From contig VRUB01000001.1 of NCBI GenBank assembly GCA_019456345.1, positions 1 through 60,710 on the forward strand: 60,710 nt of DNA. The letters are read 5' to 3'. The translations under genes and the position numbers were made by a program. Under the pieces are notes generated by a model. It ran no database searches, had not been told where the DNA came from, and was given only the letters and a program-made list of their open reading frames with translations. The DNA comes from Nitrospira sp. (GTDB taxonomy: Bacteria > Pseudomonadota > Gammaproteobacteria > Acidiferrobacterales > SPGG2). Of the stretch, positions 19,233 to 29,164 are shown in pieces. Numbering within the stretch: position 1 is the stretch's first letter; each line of letters begins with the position of its first letter.

Positions 19233-21113
19233 ATGAATCAGTATCCGCTGTGGAAGAATTTGTTGATCCTTGTCGTTTTGGTGGGAGGGTTGACCTATGC
19301 GCTGCCCAATTTCTATGGTGAAGATCCCGCTATTCAGATCTCCTCGCCGCGGCAAAGAGTCGATGTTGCAACACTTGCCCGGGTCGAGGAAAGCCTGCAC
19401 AAAGCCGGTGTGTCTTTTATCTCAACCGAGCTCGACGAGCAGGGCGCAAAGATTCGTTTTTCCGATACCGACACCCAGCTCAAGGCGTGGGATCTGGTGC
19501 ATAAGCAACTTGGGGACACGTATACAGTCGCGCTTAACTTATTGCCCGTAACTCCAGACTTCTTGGGCGCACTCGGTGCCAAGCCTATGTACCTGGGGCT
19601 GGACCTGCGCGGCGGCGTTCATTTTCTGATGCAAATGGATATGGATGCGGTAATAAAGAAAGAGGAGGAGCGCCTGGTTGGGGAGTTGAAAAGAGTCTTG
19701 CGCGAAACCCGTGTGCGTTATCTGACCGTAAGGCGCCGGGACCAGGGCGGTCTGGAAATGAGCTTCCGCAGCGTGGCCGACCGCGATAAGGCGCGCGCGA
19801 GCATTGTTGGCGAGCTGCCGGAGCTTGAGCTCACCGACGTAGACCGTGCCGATGGGCCTGTGATGATCGCGAAGCTAAAGGAGGAAACGCTTCGCCAGCG
19901 GAATGAAGCGGCGCTCGAGCAGAACATGACCTCGCTGCGCAATCGTGTCAACGAGCTCGGTGTCGCCGAGCCGATCATCCAGCAACAGGGTACCTCGCGC
20001 ATCGTCGTGCAGTTACCGGGTGTGCAGGACACCGCGGAGGCCAAGCGCATACTGGGGCGCACCGCAACCCTGGAAATCCGGATGGTGGACGAAGAGCATG
20101 ACGTGACCAGCGCCGTCGCCGGTCGGGTGCCGCCAGGATCCAGGCTCTATCGAACCCGCGAGGGTGGCCGTATCCTGTTGAAGAAACGATTGATCTACTC
20201 CGGCGATAATATCATCGATGCCTCCCCCAACTTCGACAGTCGCACCAACGAGCCCATTGTTTCCATCACCCTGGACGCTCGCGGGGCCGCCATCAATCAG
20301 CGGGTGACCGGAAAAAACGTAGGCAAGCGTATGGGTGTGGTCTATGTCGAAATACGTTCGGCGATCAAACGCGACAAGGACGGCCAACCCGTGCTGAATG
20401 AAAACGGTGAGCCAGTGCGGGTCAAGCGACAATTCGAGGAGGTTATTACTGCGCCTGTGATCAGGTCGCAGCTCGGGAAACGCTTCCAGATCGAGGGCGC
20501 GTTTACTGTCGAGGAGGCCAACGAGCTTGCATTGTTATTGCGCGCCGGCGCACTGGCGGCACCAATCGAAATCGTCGAAGAGCGCACCATCGGTCCCAGC
20601 CTCGGGCAGGACAACATCCGGCAAGGCTTCCAGGCCATTGCGGTCGGTTTTGTTGCGGTGTTGATATTCATGGTGGTTTACTACCGCGCCTTCGGGGCCA
20701 TCGCCGATCTGGCACTGGCGTTTAACCTGGTGCTGATCGTGGCCATCTTATCGTTGTTTCAGGCCACACTAACGCTCCCCGGCGTGGCCGGAATCCTGTT
20801 GACCGTCGGTATGGCAGTCGATGCGAACGTGCTGATCTTTGAGCGTATCCGCGAGGAGCTGCGCGCCGGCAATACGCCGCAGGCGAGCATCCACGCAGGC
20901 TATGCGAAGGCCTTGGGCACCATTGCTGACGCCAACATCACGACCTTGATAGCTGCGGTAATGCTCTTTAATTTTGGCACCGGGCCGATCAAAGGATTCG
21001 CCATTACGTTGAGCATCGGTATCCTGTCGTCCATGTTTACCGCCATCCTCGGTTCACGGGCGCTGGCCAATCTCATATTCGGCGGGCGACGTTTGCGCAC
21101 GTTGCCTGTCTAG
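19233..21113 (+). CDS. secD: protein translocase subunit SecD
   Basis: Trimmed to the ATG at 19233 (MNQYPLWKN). It has a large periplasmic domain and a C-terminal 6-TM block (GILLTVGMAVDANVLIFERIREE). Confidence 0.93.
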   Translation: MNQYPLWKNLLILVVLVGGLTYALPNFYGEDPAIQISSPRQRVDVATLARVEESLHKAGVSFISTELDEQGAKIRFSDTDTQLKAWDLVHKQLGDTYTVALNLLPVTPDFLGALGAKPMYLGLDLRGGVHFLMQMDMDAVIKKEEERLVGELKRVLRETRVRYLTVRRRDQGGLEMSFRSVADRDKARASIVGELPELELTDVDRADGPVMIAKLKEETLRQRNEAALEQNMTSLRNRVNELGVAEPIIQQQGTSRIVVQLPGVQDTAEAKRILGRTATLEIRMVDEEHDVTSAVAGRVPPGSRLYRTREGGRILLKKRLIYSGDNIIDASPNFDSRTNEPIVSITLDARGAAINQRVTGKNVGKRMGVVYVEIRSAIKRDKDGQPVLNENGEPVRVKRQFEEVITAPVIRSQLGKRFQIEGAFTVEEANELALLLRAGALAAPIEIVEERTIGPSLGQDNIRQGFQAIAVGFVAVLIFMVVYYRAFGAIADLALAFNLVLIVAILSLFQATLTLPGVAGILLTVGMAVDANVLIFERIREELRAGNTPQASIHAGYAKALGTIADANITTLIAAVMLFNFGTGPIKGFAITLSIGILSSMFTAILGSRALANLIFGGRRLRTLPV

Positions 21114-21125
21114 GAGTACAGAGGC

Positions 21126-22130
21126 TTGAGCTTTCTCACACAGACAAAGATTGATTTTATCGGCACCCGCAAGCTGCCGATGGCTCTATCGGCATTGTTT
21201 ATCATCGGCACCTTCGTGGTCCTGTTCACGCGCGGCCTGAACCTCGGTCTGGATTTTACCGGCGGCACCCTGGTCGAGCTGAGCTACGTGGACCCAGTAG
21301 AGGTCTCCGACGTGCGGCAGGAGCTGGCGCAAGGCGGCTTTCCCGATGCGGTGGTCCAGCATTTTGGCACGGCGCGTGACGTGATGGTGCGCATACCCTT
21401 GAAAAAAGACAAAGCAAGCGCTGCCATCAGTGAGGAGGTAGTGTCGGTCCTGCGAAAGGCGCGCAACGAAATCGGTGTGGAGAGTCAGCCGGGCAAGGCG
21501 CAAAGATGTTCCTCAGGCCCCAATAGGTCCATCGTAGACTGTCAGATGCAGGTGCGGCGCGTCGAGTTCGTCGGCCCGCAGGTCGGCGAGGAGCTTGTGG
21601 AGAAAGGGGGGCTGGCGCTGATCTACACCCTCATCGCCATTCTGGTCTATGTGCTGTTCCGGTTTGAATGGCGCTTTGCCGTCGGCTCGATCGTTGCCGT
21701 GGCGCACGATGTCCTGATCACCTTCGGATTCTTCTCCATTACACAGATGGAGTTCTCGTTGTCCGTGCTGGCGGCCATCCTCGCCGTGCTTGGCTACTCC
21801 CTCAACGACACGATCGTCGTTTTTGATCGGATCCGTGAGAACTTCCGGCGGATGCGCAAGGCAAGCGTGGTGGACACGATGAATGCGTCTATCAACCAGA
21901 CTCTCTCGCGCACCATCATCACCTCCGGCACCACGATGCTGACGGTGCTGGCCTTGTTTTTCCTCGGTGGCGAGATAATGCGCGGATTCTCCACAGCCTT
22001 GATCGTGGGAATCGTCGTCGGAACCTACTCCTCTATCTATGTCGCCACGCCGACCGTGCTGGCGCTCGGCATCTCACGGGAAGACTTGCTGCCGGTAAAG
22101 AAGGAAGGCGCCGAGCCGACTCAGCCCTGA
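21126..22130 (+). CDS. secF: protein translocase subunit SecF
   Basis: LGLDFTGGT and LGYSLNDTIVVFDRIREN motifs. TTG start 13 nt after secD. Confidence 0.92.
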   Translation: MSFLTQTKIDFIGTRKLPMALSALFIIGTFVVLFTRGLNLGLDFTGGTLVELSYVDPVEVSDVRQELAQGGFPDAVVQHFGTARDVMVRIPLKKDKASAAISEEVVSVLRKARNEIGVESQPGKAQRCSSGPNRSIVDCQMQVRRVEFVGPQVGEELVEKGGLALIYTLIAILVYVLFRFEWRFAVGSIVAVAHDVLITFGFFSITQMEFSLSVLAAILAVLGYSLNDTIVVFDRIRENFRRMRKASVVDTMNASINQTLSRTIITSGTTMLTVLALFFLGGEIMRGFSTALIVGIVVGTYSSIYVATPTVLALGISREDLLPVKKEGAEPTQP

Positions 22131-22341
22131 TCCCGCTCTGGCGGACTTACTGCCGCAAGGCTGAGCGGGCAGTCTGCGCCCGCATAGCACACTTCGGGCC
22201 ATATTCTGCAGGCGCGCCGACCACTGATCCTCCAAATTCGTTACTTTGTCGGTCGGGCCGAGACCCGGCAAAACCGGGGCGCACGCGTCGTCTATACTTA
22301 ACGCCGACAAGAACGGGATTTCCTTAACCTTGGGGGTAAGT

Positions 22342-23811
22342 ATGACTGGTGATTGGTGGATGATCTGGCCAGGCAACGCGGCGTTGTCTGTCCTGCTGCT
22401 TTACATTGGCGCGTTGCTCTTTCTCTACCCGGCGCGACGGCCTCTGCATGGGATTATTCGCTCCATGACCCGCGCCATCAGCGGCCCGTTGCGCCTGGGC
22501 GCACGCTGGCTGATGTCGACAGCGGAGGTGCTGCGCTCTCGCAACAAGATGGTACTGCTGTCCCACGGCAAAGAGGAGATCACGCAGGGGATTGAGCGAG
22601 AGTTCGACCGTGTGACGACGGTGGTTCAGCGCGACCTCCATGATTATCCGGTGCTGCAACGCAAGCTCATGGGCGAGATTACGCGCATCGAGGAAGACTA
22701 CCAGAAATGCGGCGAGGTACCGCCGACGCCCCCGGAATGGACCAAAGCAGTGGCCGCCGTTGCCAAGATCGCGCCCACCGCCGACGGATTGGTGCAGAAG
22801 ATTCTCGGTGACATCGGCCATTCCATCGAGAAAATTCAGGAAAGGGCCATTGTCGAGTACCGCAAGGCCTATGAGGAGCGGCACAAGATTCTGAAAGGGT
22901 TTATGCCGTTCTGGCGCTCGCTTAACCAGACCCTTACCCAGGTGGACCGCAACCTGACGGGCCTGCAGGAAAGCGCATCGAGAATCGACGCGCAGATGGA
23001 GAAGTACGAGCAGATCACTGCGAACTCGGAGAATGCCGAGCACGCATTGACCTCCTCGGCGTCGACACAGTTCGTAATTGCAGCTGTGGTGCTGGCGATT
23101 GCGTTCGGTGGTGCCTTCGTCAATTATAAGCTGATCGCCCTGCCGATGTCGGCGATGGTCGCCAATGACTACATCACTGACAACTTGCGGGCGTCGGATA
23201 TCGCCGCGTTGGTGATCATCTTCGTCGAGGCAAGCATGGGGTTGTTCCTGATGGAATCGTTGCGTATCACGCACTTGTTTCCTCGTATCAATAACTTGCC
23301 TGACAAGATGCGCCGGCGATTCATGTGGGTCGCGTTTTCGATCCTGCTCACACTTGCATTCGTCGAGGTCGCACTCGCCGTGCTGCGTGATGTGATTGTA
23401 GCCGCCGGCATCGAGCTCACACGCGGTCTCGCCGGGGCGGAGGCGGCCGCGGCAGAGTCGGGGCTGGTCGACAAGATCCCTACCGTCGGGCAGATGATTC
23501 TCGGTTTTATTCTGCCGTTCGCGCTGGTCTTCGTGGCGATACCGCTGGAGTACTTTATCAACTCTGCGCGTACGATTGTGGGTGTGGCGATCGTACTAGC
23601 CATTCGCGCCCTGGCGTTTGCACTGCGGGTGGTGGGTAATATCGTCAAGCACCTCGGTAACCTGCTGGTCAACATCTACGATGTGCTGATATTCGTGCCG
23701 CTGTTGATCGAGCGATTTATCAGATCCGTGCGCGGGGGGCAGGAAAACGTGGAATTTGTGCGTTCCGGCGAGATCACTTCTTTTCCCGCAAAGGGTAGAG
23801 CACGCGCTTGA
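22342..23811 (+). CDS. hypothetical polytopic membrane protein with a long cytoplasmic coiled-coil-like segment
   Basis: ATG at 22342 preceded by gggggtaag. One N-terminal TM segment, about 230 charged helical residues, then about 6 hydrophobic segments. No family motif recognised. Confidence 0.65.
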   Translation: MTGDWWMIWPGNAALSVLLLYIGALLFLYPARRPLHGIIRSMTRAISGPLRLGARWLMSTAEVLRSRNKMVLLSHGKEEITQGIEREFDRVTTVVQRDLHDYPVLQRKLMGEITRIEEDYQKCGEVPPTPPEWTKAVAAVAKIAPTADGLVQKILGDIGHSIEKIQERAIVEYRKAYEERHKILKGFMPFWRSLNQTLTQVDRNLTGLQESASRIDAQMEKYEQITANSENAEHALTSSASTQFVIAAVVLAIAFGGAFVNYKLIALPMSAMVANDYITDNLRASDIAALVIIFVEASMGLFLMESLRITHLFPRINNLPDKMRRRFMWVAFSILLTLAFVEVALAVLRDVIVAAGIELTRGLAGAEAAAAESGLVDKIPTVGQMILGFILPFALVFVAIPLEYFINSARTIVGVAIVLAIRALAFALRVVGNIVKHLGNLLVNIYDVLIFVPLLIERFIRSVRGGQENVEFVRSGEITSFPAKGRARA

Positions 23812-23842
23812 TGCGGCGCCAAACGACGGAGGACATCTAGTC

Positions 23843-24517
23843 ATGAAACGTATGCTATCTACGGCACTTGTTGTAACGCTGGGGCTGGCGCTGCTGGCGT
23901 CATGCTCGAGCGGCGGGCCGCCGAAAGACCGGACCCACGGCGTGTACATGCTGATCGACACATCGGGCACTTATGCCGGGGAACTGGACAAGGCACTCAC
24001 CGTGATCAATTATCTCCTGGGCACGATGAACCCCGGCGATGTGCTGGCGGTCGCCAAGGTCAGCAGCCGCAGCTTCAGTGAAAAAGACATCATTGCCAAG
24101 GCGACCTTCACCAGCGACCCGGTGCGTGCCAATCACCAAAAGCGCGCGTTCCGGGACAAGATCGACAAGTTCGCCAAATCTATGAAGCGCGGCAGCGCTT
24201 ACACCGACATCACCGGCGGCATTATCCAGGCCGCGCAATTCCTGAATGAGGCCAATCCGGGCCGGAAGACCGTCCTGATCTTCTCCGACATGCAGGAAGA
24301 GCTTGGCAAGAGCACGGTTCGGGATTTTCCGATCGAGCTAAGCGGCATCCGCTTCGTGGCGCTCAACGTGACTAAGCTGCGCACCGACAACGTCGACCCG
24401 CGCCGTTACATGGGCCGCCTCGAGTGGTGGCAGAAACGGGTGACCAGCGCCGGCGCCACGGACTGGCGCGTGGTGAACGATCTCGAGCACCTCGAGCGCA
24501 TATTTGACAGAAGCTAG
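23843..24517 (+). CDS. lipoprotein with von Willebrand factor A (VWA)-like domain
   Basis: ggagga SD 10 nt upstream of the ATG at 23843. Lipobox LLASC. MIDAS-like D-T-S-G-T, then TDITGG and LIFSDMQEE blocks in VWA order. Confidence 0.7.
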   Translation: MKRMLSTALVVTLGLALLASCSSGGPPKDRTHGVYMLIDTSGTYAGELDKALTVINYLLGTMNPGDVLAVAKVSSRSFSEKDIIAKATFTSDPVRANHQKRAFRDKIDKFAKSMKRGSAYTDITGGIIQAAQFLNEANPGRKTVLIFSDMQEELGKSTVRDFPIELSGIRFVALNVTKLRTDNVDPRRYMGRLEWWQKRVTSAGATDWRVVNDLEHLERIFDRS

Positions 24518-24823
24518 AGCGCCCGTCGAATAACCCCGTTCCTGGCCGCTGGTGCGCTTCTACGGGCGTATTAGCGGCGTGCATGGTCATAAAACCGTAG
24601 CGTGGCCAACGGCTGCCTCGCGCGACGAATTCGCGAGTATCTCCTACAAAGCCCGCGGCGCCCACCGGCTGCCTGGCGCCCGAGAAAAGGGCGCGAGACC
24701 GGGGGGCGCATCGAGCAGGCAATCCCGAGCGAAATCGTTTATCCTACGCCGCGTTTGCGTACCCCGCGCCCGCCGCGGCACGGGCGCATTGCACCAGTTA
24801 ACCGACCGGGACCACTGCCTCCG

Positions 24824-26077
24824 ATGTTTAGCAAAGACATGATCATCGCCGAGTTCGACGATGAGTTGGCTGCGGCGATCGACAGTGAGCAACTCCGCCA
24901 GGAGCAGCAAATCGAGCTCATTGCATCTGAAAACTTCACCAGTCCCCGCGTGCTGGCAGCCCAGGGCTCGGTGCTTACCAACAAGTATGCCGAGGGTTAC
25001 CCTGGGCGGCGTTACTACGGCGGCTGCCAATTTGTGGACATCGCCGAGCAACTTGCCATCGACCGCGCCAGGCAGCTTTTCGGTGCCGACTACGCGAATG
25101 TCCAGCCCCATTCGGGTTCCCAGGCGAACGTCGCGGCCTACATGGCGCTGCTGCAGCCCGGAGAAACCATTCTCGGGATGAGCCTTGCCGACGGCGGTCA
25201 TTTGACGCACGGGGCCAAGGTCAATTTTTCCGGCAGACTGTATAACGCCATCCAGTACGGATTGAACCCCGACACGCAAGAGATTGACTATGATCAGCTG
25301 GAACGACTGGCTGTGGAGCACAAGCCGAAGATGATCATCGGTGGCTTCAGCGCGTACTCGCGCATCGTTGACTGGCAGCGTTGCCGCGATATCGCCGATC
25401 GGGTGGGGGCCTATCTCTTGGTCGATATGGCTCATGTCGCCGGCCTGGTTGCGGCCGGCCTGTATCCCAATCCGGTGCCGATCGCCGATATCACCACGTC
25501 TACTACCCACAAAACGCTGCGCGGTCCGCGGGGAGGCTTGATTCTCGCCAAGCGCAATCCCGAGATCGAAAAGAAACTGCATTCGATGGTCTTTCCAGGC
25601 ACCCAGGGCGGCCCGCTGATGCATGTAATCGCGGCCAAGGCGGTTGCCTTCCTGGAGGCGTTGCAGCCGGAGTTCAAGGCGTACCAGCAGCAGGTCCTGG
25701 ACAATGCACGCGCCATGGCGGCCGCGATAATGGAACGCGGCTACAAAATCGTCTCTGGTGGAACGGATAACCACCTGTTTCTGGTGGACCTGATCGGCAA
25801 GCGCATTACCGGCAAGGACGCGGAAGCGGCGCTCGGGGAGGCCAACATTACCGTAAACAAAAACGCCGTCCCCAATGATCCGCAGAAACCGTTTGTGACG
25901 AGCGGTATACGTGTCGGAACACCGGCGATCACCACGCGCGGCTTCGGGGTAGGGGAGAGCAGCCGGCTTGCCGGGTGGATCTGCGATATCCTGGACAATC
26001 TGGATGACGTGTCCGTGCGCGCGACGGTCAAGCGCGATGTTCTCGAGCTTTGTCGCAGCTTTCCCGTGTATTCGTGA
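24824..26077 (+). CDS. glyA: serine hydroxymethyltransferase
   Basis: Trimmed to the ATG at 24824 ([12 protein letters not shown]), giving 417 aa. PLP-lysine block [14 protein letters not shown]. Confidence 0.95.
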   Translation: MFSKDMIIAEFDDELAAAIDSEQLRQEQQIELIASENFTSPRVLAAQGSVLTNKYAEGYPGRRYYGGCQFVDIAEQLAIDRARQLFGADYANVQPHSGSQANVAAYMALLQPGETILGMSLADGGHLTHGAKVNFSGRLYNAIQYGLNPDTQEIDYDQLERLAVEHKPKMIIGGFSAYSRIVDWQRCRDIADRVGAYLLVDMAHVAGLVAAGLYPNPVPIADITTSTTHKTLRGPRGGLILAKRNPEIEKKLHSMVFPGTQGGPLMHVIAAKAVAFLEALQPEFKAYQQQVLDNARAMAAAIMERGYKIVSGGTDNHLFLVDLIGKRITGKDAEAALGEANITVNKNAVPNDPQKPFVTSGIRVGTPAITTRGFGVGESSRLAGWICDILDNLDDVSVRATVKRDVLELCRSFPVYS

Positions 26078-26180
26078 GTCGGGGGTAGTAAGCCGCGAGC
26101 GCTGATTTGCGGCCTTTGCGTTTACGATTCACGTTGTACGATTTAGGATTCAGGTATCACGACTCAAGGTTCACGACTCG

Positions 26181-26696
26181 ATGCGATGCCCTTTCTGTTC
26201 TGCTGAGGATACCCGCGTAGTAGATTCGCGCTTGGCCGATGAGGGCGATTCTGTGCGCCGCCGTCGCGAATGTAACTCCTGTCACGAGCGTTTTACGACC
26301 TATGAGCGCGCCGAGCTGCGTTTGCCGAAGATTATCAAGTCCGACGGGCGGCGGGAGCCGTTTCGCGAGGAGAAGCTGCGCAGTGGCATGAGCCGGGCAC
26401 TGGAAAAGCGCCCCGTCGAGTCAGAGGCGGTCGAGCATGTGATTGGCCGTATTCGCCACAAGCTGCTTGCCAGCGGCGAGCGCGAGGTGAGCTCCCGGGT
26501 TGTCGGGGAATGGATGATGGAGGAGCTCAAGGAGCTCGACGCGGTCGCCTATGTACGATTTGCCTCGGTGTATCGTAGCTTTGAAGACTTGAACGCCTTC
26601 AGCGAGGAGGTGGAGCGCCTGCAGAATGAGCCCAGCCCCGAGGTGCGCCGTAGGCAGCTTAAGCTCCTCCCGGACAGCGGCGATAAGGATGACTGA
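26181..26696 (+). CDS. nrdR: transcriptional repressor NrdR
   Basis: MRCPFC...CNSC zinc ribbon plus an ATP-cone domain. Confidence 0.93.
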   Translation: MRCPFCSAEDTRVVDSRLADEGDSVRRRRECNSCHERFTTYERAELRLPKIIKSDGRREPFREEKLRSGMSRALEKRPVESEAVEHVIGRIRHKLLASGEREVSSRVVGEWMMEELKELDAVAYVRFASVYRSFEDLNAFSEEVERLQNEPSPEVRRRQLKLLPDSGDKDD

Positions 26697-27789
26697 TGTG
26701 GGCCGTAATGAGGCGCACATGGCGCGTGCCTTGTGCCTGGCGCGGCGCGGCCTTTATTCGACCGACCCCAATCCGCGCGTCGGTTGCGTGGTGGTTAAGA
26801 ATGACGAAATCGTCGGGGAAGGGTGGCACGAGCGCGCCGGAGAGCCCCATGCCGAGGTGCACGCATTGCGGGAAGCCGGGGAGCGGGCGCACGCGGCCAG
26901 CGTTTTTGTCACGCTCGAGCCATGTTGTCATCAGGGGCGCACGTCCCCGTGCACGGATCTCCTGGTCCAGGCACAGGTGGGACGCGTGGTCGTCGCAATG
27001 GAAGATCCGAACCCCGAGGTTAATGGAGGAGGTCTGGCCGCACTGAAAAGCGCCGGCCTGAGGGTCGAAGTCGGGCAGTTGCGTGAGCAGGCCGAGACCC
27101 TGAACCCAGGGTTCGTGAGTCGCATGCGCCGCCGCCGCCCGTTTGTGCGCGCGAAGCTCGCAGCCAGCCTGGACGGGCGCACGGCGATGCGCAGTGGTGA
27201 GAGCCAGTGGATTAGCGGCGAGGCCGCGCGCGCCGACGTGCAGCGATGGCGTGCGCGCAGCTCGGCGATCCTGAGCGGAATCGGGACCGTGCTGGCCGAC
27301 GACCCGGCGCTTACTGTCCGTGACCTCCAGGTCGGCCGTCAGCCATTGCGCGTGGTGGTGGATACGCATCTCAGAACGCCTCCGACGGCGAAGCTGTTGG
27401 TGCAAGATGGTGCCGTCGTGATCATCACCGCCAGTAACGACGGCGAGCGTGCGCAGCGCTTGCAACAGGCCGGGGCGGAGGTCGTGTGCCTGTCTGGCGA
27501 AAACGGCTCCGTCGACCTACACGAACTGATGAGACATCTGGGCGTGCGGGAGGTCAACGAAGTCCTGTTGGAGAGTGGTGCGACGCTGTGCGGGAGCCTG
27601 CTACAGGCGGGATTGGTTGATGAGCTTTTGATTTACCTCGCGCCGACCTTGATGGGCGATGAGGCGCGCGGGATGTTCAGGCTACCGGGCCTGGAACGCT
27701 TGCAAGATCGCATTGAGCTTGAGATCAAAGACGTGCGCGCCGTCGGCCGCGACTGGCGGTTTATTGCGAAAGTGAGGCGTGAGGCGTGA
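26689..27789 (+). CDS. ribD: bifunctional diaminohydroxyphosphoribosylaminopyrimidine deaminase / 5-amino-6-(5-phosphoribosylamino)uracil reductase
   Basis: ATG at 26689 overlaps the nrdR stop. Deaminase motifs HAEVHAL and [11 protein letters not shown] are followed by a reductase domain. Confidence 0.92.
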   Translation: MTDVGRNEAHMARALCLARRGLYSTDPNPRVGCVVVKNDEIVGEGWHERAGEPHAEVHALREAGERAHAASVFVTLEPCCHQGRTSPCTDLLVQAQVGRVVVAMEDPNPEVNGGGLAALKSAGLRVEVGQLREQAETLNPGFVSRMRRRRPFVRAKLAASLDGRTAMRSGESQWISGEAARADVQRWRARSSAILSGIGTVLADDPALTVRDLQVGRQPLRVVVDTHLRTPPTAKLLVQDGAVVIITASNDGERAQRLQQAGAEVVCLSGENGSVDLHELMRHLGVREVNEVLLESGATLCGSLLQAGLVDELLIYLAPTLMGDEARGMFRLPGLERLQDRIELEIKDVRAVGRDWRFIAKVRREA

Positions 27790-27792
27790 GGC
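27772..27792 (+). repeat. perfect tandem heptamer (gtgaggc)x3 spanning the ribD stop codon
   Basis: Three exact units at 27772-27778, 27779-27785 and 27786-27792. The complement cctcac lies at 27844-27849, just before ribE. Confidence 0.9.
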
Positions 27793-27860
27793 GTTTGGTT
27801 TGATGGAGAAAGTCTTGGAATTGCCCACTCCTTACTCATCACCCCTCACGAGTAATTGAA

Positions 27861-28523
27861 ATGTTTACGGGCATTATTCAGGCAGTAGGCACGGTCACGT
27901 CGCTTGAGACACATGCGGATGATCGCCGGCTGCGGTTAGGTGCTGGAACGCTCGAGCTTGACGGCATCAGGCGTGGTGATAGCGTGTGCGTGAACGGTGT
28001 GTGTCTTACCGTGCGCGATTTGAGTGGCGAGTGCTTCAGCACTGATGTGTCGGCAGAAACCCTTATCCGCACCGCATTCTCCACGCTCCGGCCGGGCGAT
28101 AAGGTCAATCTGGAGAAGGCGTTAACGCTCGCGACGCCACTGGGCGGGCACCTGGTCACGGGTCATGTCGACGGCCTCGGTGTGGTCGTGGACCGGCGCG
28201 GGGCAGGTCGTTCTGTCGCTTTTCGCATTCGCGCACCGCAGAACACCACGAGGTATATTGCCGAGAAGGGGTCGGTCTGCGTCGATGGGGTCAGTCTCAC
28301 GGTCAATGCGGTTCGCGGCTCGGAGTTCGAGGTTAATATCGTGCCGCATACGCTCGAGCAAACGACTTTGGGCGGGTTTCAGGTGGGCCGGCGCGTCAAC
28401 CTGGAGGTAGACATCATCGCCCGCTACCTGGAGCGTCTGCTCCAAGGTGATAAGGACAGACCGGAAGGTTCCAAGATCACGGCGGAGTTTCTGGCAAAGC
28501 ACGGTTTTATGCGTGATCCGTGA
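27861..28523 (+). CDS. ribE: riboflavin synthase
   Basis: MFTGII start and two lumazine-binding repeats (SVCVNGVCLTV / SVCVDGVSLTV). Confidence 0.92.
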   Translation: MFTGIIQAVGTVTSLETHADDRRLRLGAGTLELDGIRRGDSVCVNGVCLTVRDLSGECFSTDVSAETLIRTAFSTLRPGDKVNLEKALTLATPLGGHLVTGHVDGLGVVVDRRGAGRSVAFRIRAPQNTTRYIAEKGSVCVDGVSLTVNAVRGSEFEVNIVPHTLEQTTLGGFQVGRRVNLEVDIIARYLERLLQGDKDRPEGSKITAEFLAKHGFMRDP

Positions 28524-28564
28524 ATCAACCGTCCAAGACGACTAGCGACTCACGAATCACCCTG

Positions 28565-29152
28565 CTAGTCGAGCGGCAAGATTTCGTACTCGATCTGAGC
28601 CGAGGCGAGCAAGAACGCCTGCCTCCGGCCTTTCTTGGTGAGCACGAGCTCGCTCACCATCTTGTAGCGCCCCGGCGGGGCATCTTCAGGGATCGGTAAC
28701 GGGTCGGCGGCGAGGTAGTAGCCTGTCCGTGGCAACTGCTCGCTAAGATCCTGGATATTGGTGGCAACAAGCGTGCCGTCGTCGGCATAGAACTTGATGA
28801 TCTCCCGGAACACGAAGTCTGGGTCGTTCTTGCGCTGCAGGAACAACCGTTTGGTGACAGCGAGATTCTTGCAAGGCTTGGTTGTGGTCGCCTCCGGCGC
28901 TATCTCGTAGAGCCGGGCGATTGCGAAGACCCCCTTTTTGGGCAGCGGCGCGTACGTCTCACGGGCGGCTTTTGTCTGTTCGGCGGAGTAACGGTACGTT
29001 GTCTGGTAGTGCGCCTTCTCGCTTCTCCACTGGTAAAGCTTGCATTGCAACGAGGCTTCAGCAAAACGGCCATTTGCCAGCAGCGCGAAGGCCGTGAGCA
29101 CGAATAAGGCGACCGCTTGGCGAGGACGGCAGAGACCAGACCCGGTGTTCAT
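28565..29152 (-). CDS. hypothetical secreted protein (195 aa)
   Basis: ATG at 29152, 12 nt after the kinase stop. Signal-peptide-like N-terminus (AVALFVLTAFALLANGRFAEA). Two Cys residues. No recognised motif. Confidence 0.6.
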   Translation of the reverse strand: MNTGSGLCRPRQAVALFVLTAFALLANGRFAEASLQCKLYQWRSEKAHYQTTYRYSAEQTKAARETYAPLPKKGVFAIARLYEIAPEATTTKPCKNLAVTKRLFLQRKNDPDFVFREIIKFYADDGTLVATNIQDLSEQLPRTGYYLAADPLPIPEDAPPGRYKMVSELVLTKKGRRQAFLLASAQIEYEILPLD

Positions 29153-29164
29153 GCTATGTGACTG

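Noticed and set aside
24518-24823. Possible ZTP (pfl) or other riboswitch in the glyA leader, because of ccaccggctgcctggcg
   Set aside because: Only a fragmentary resemblance to the ACCGGG...CCGCCUGGG pseudoknot. The 5' GGGUCGUGACUGGCG-type helix is not present and the spacing is wrong. A covariance-model scan would be needed to settle this.
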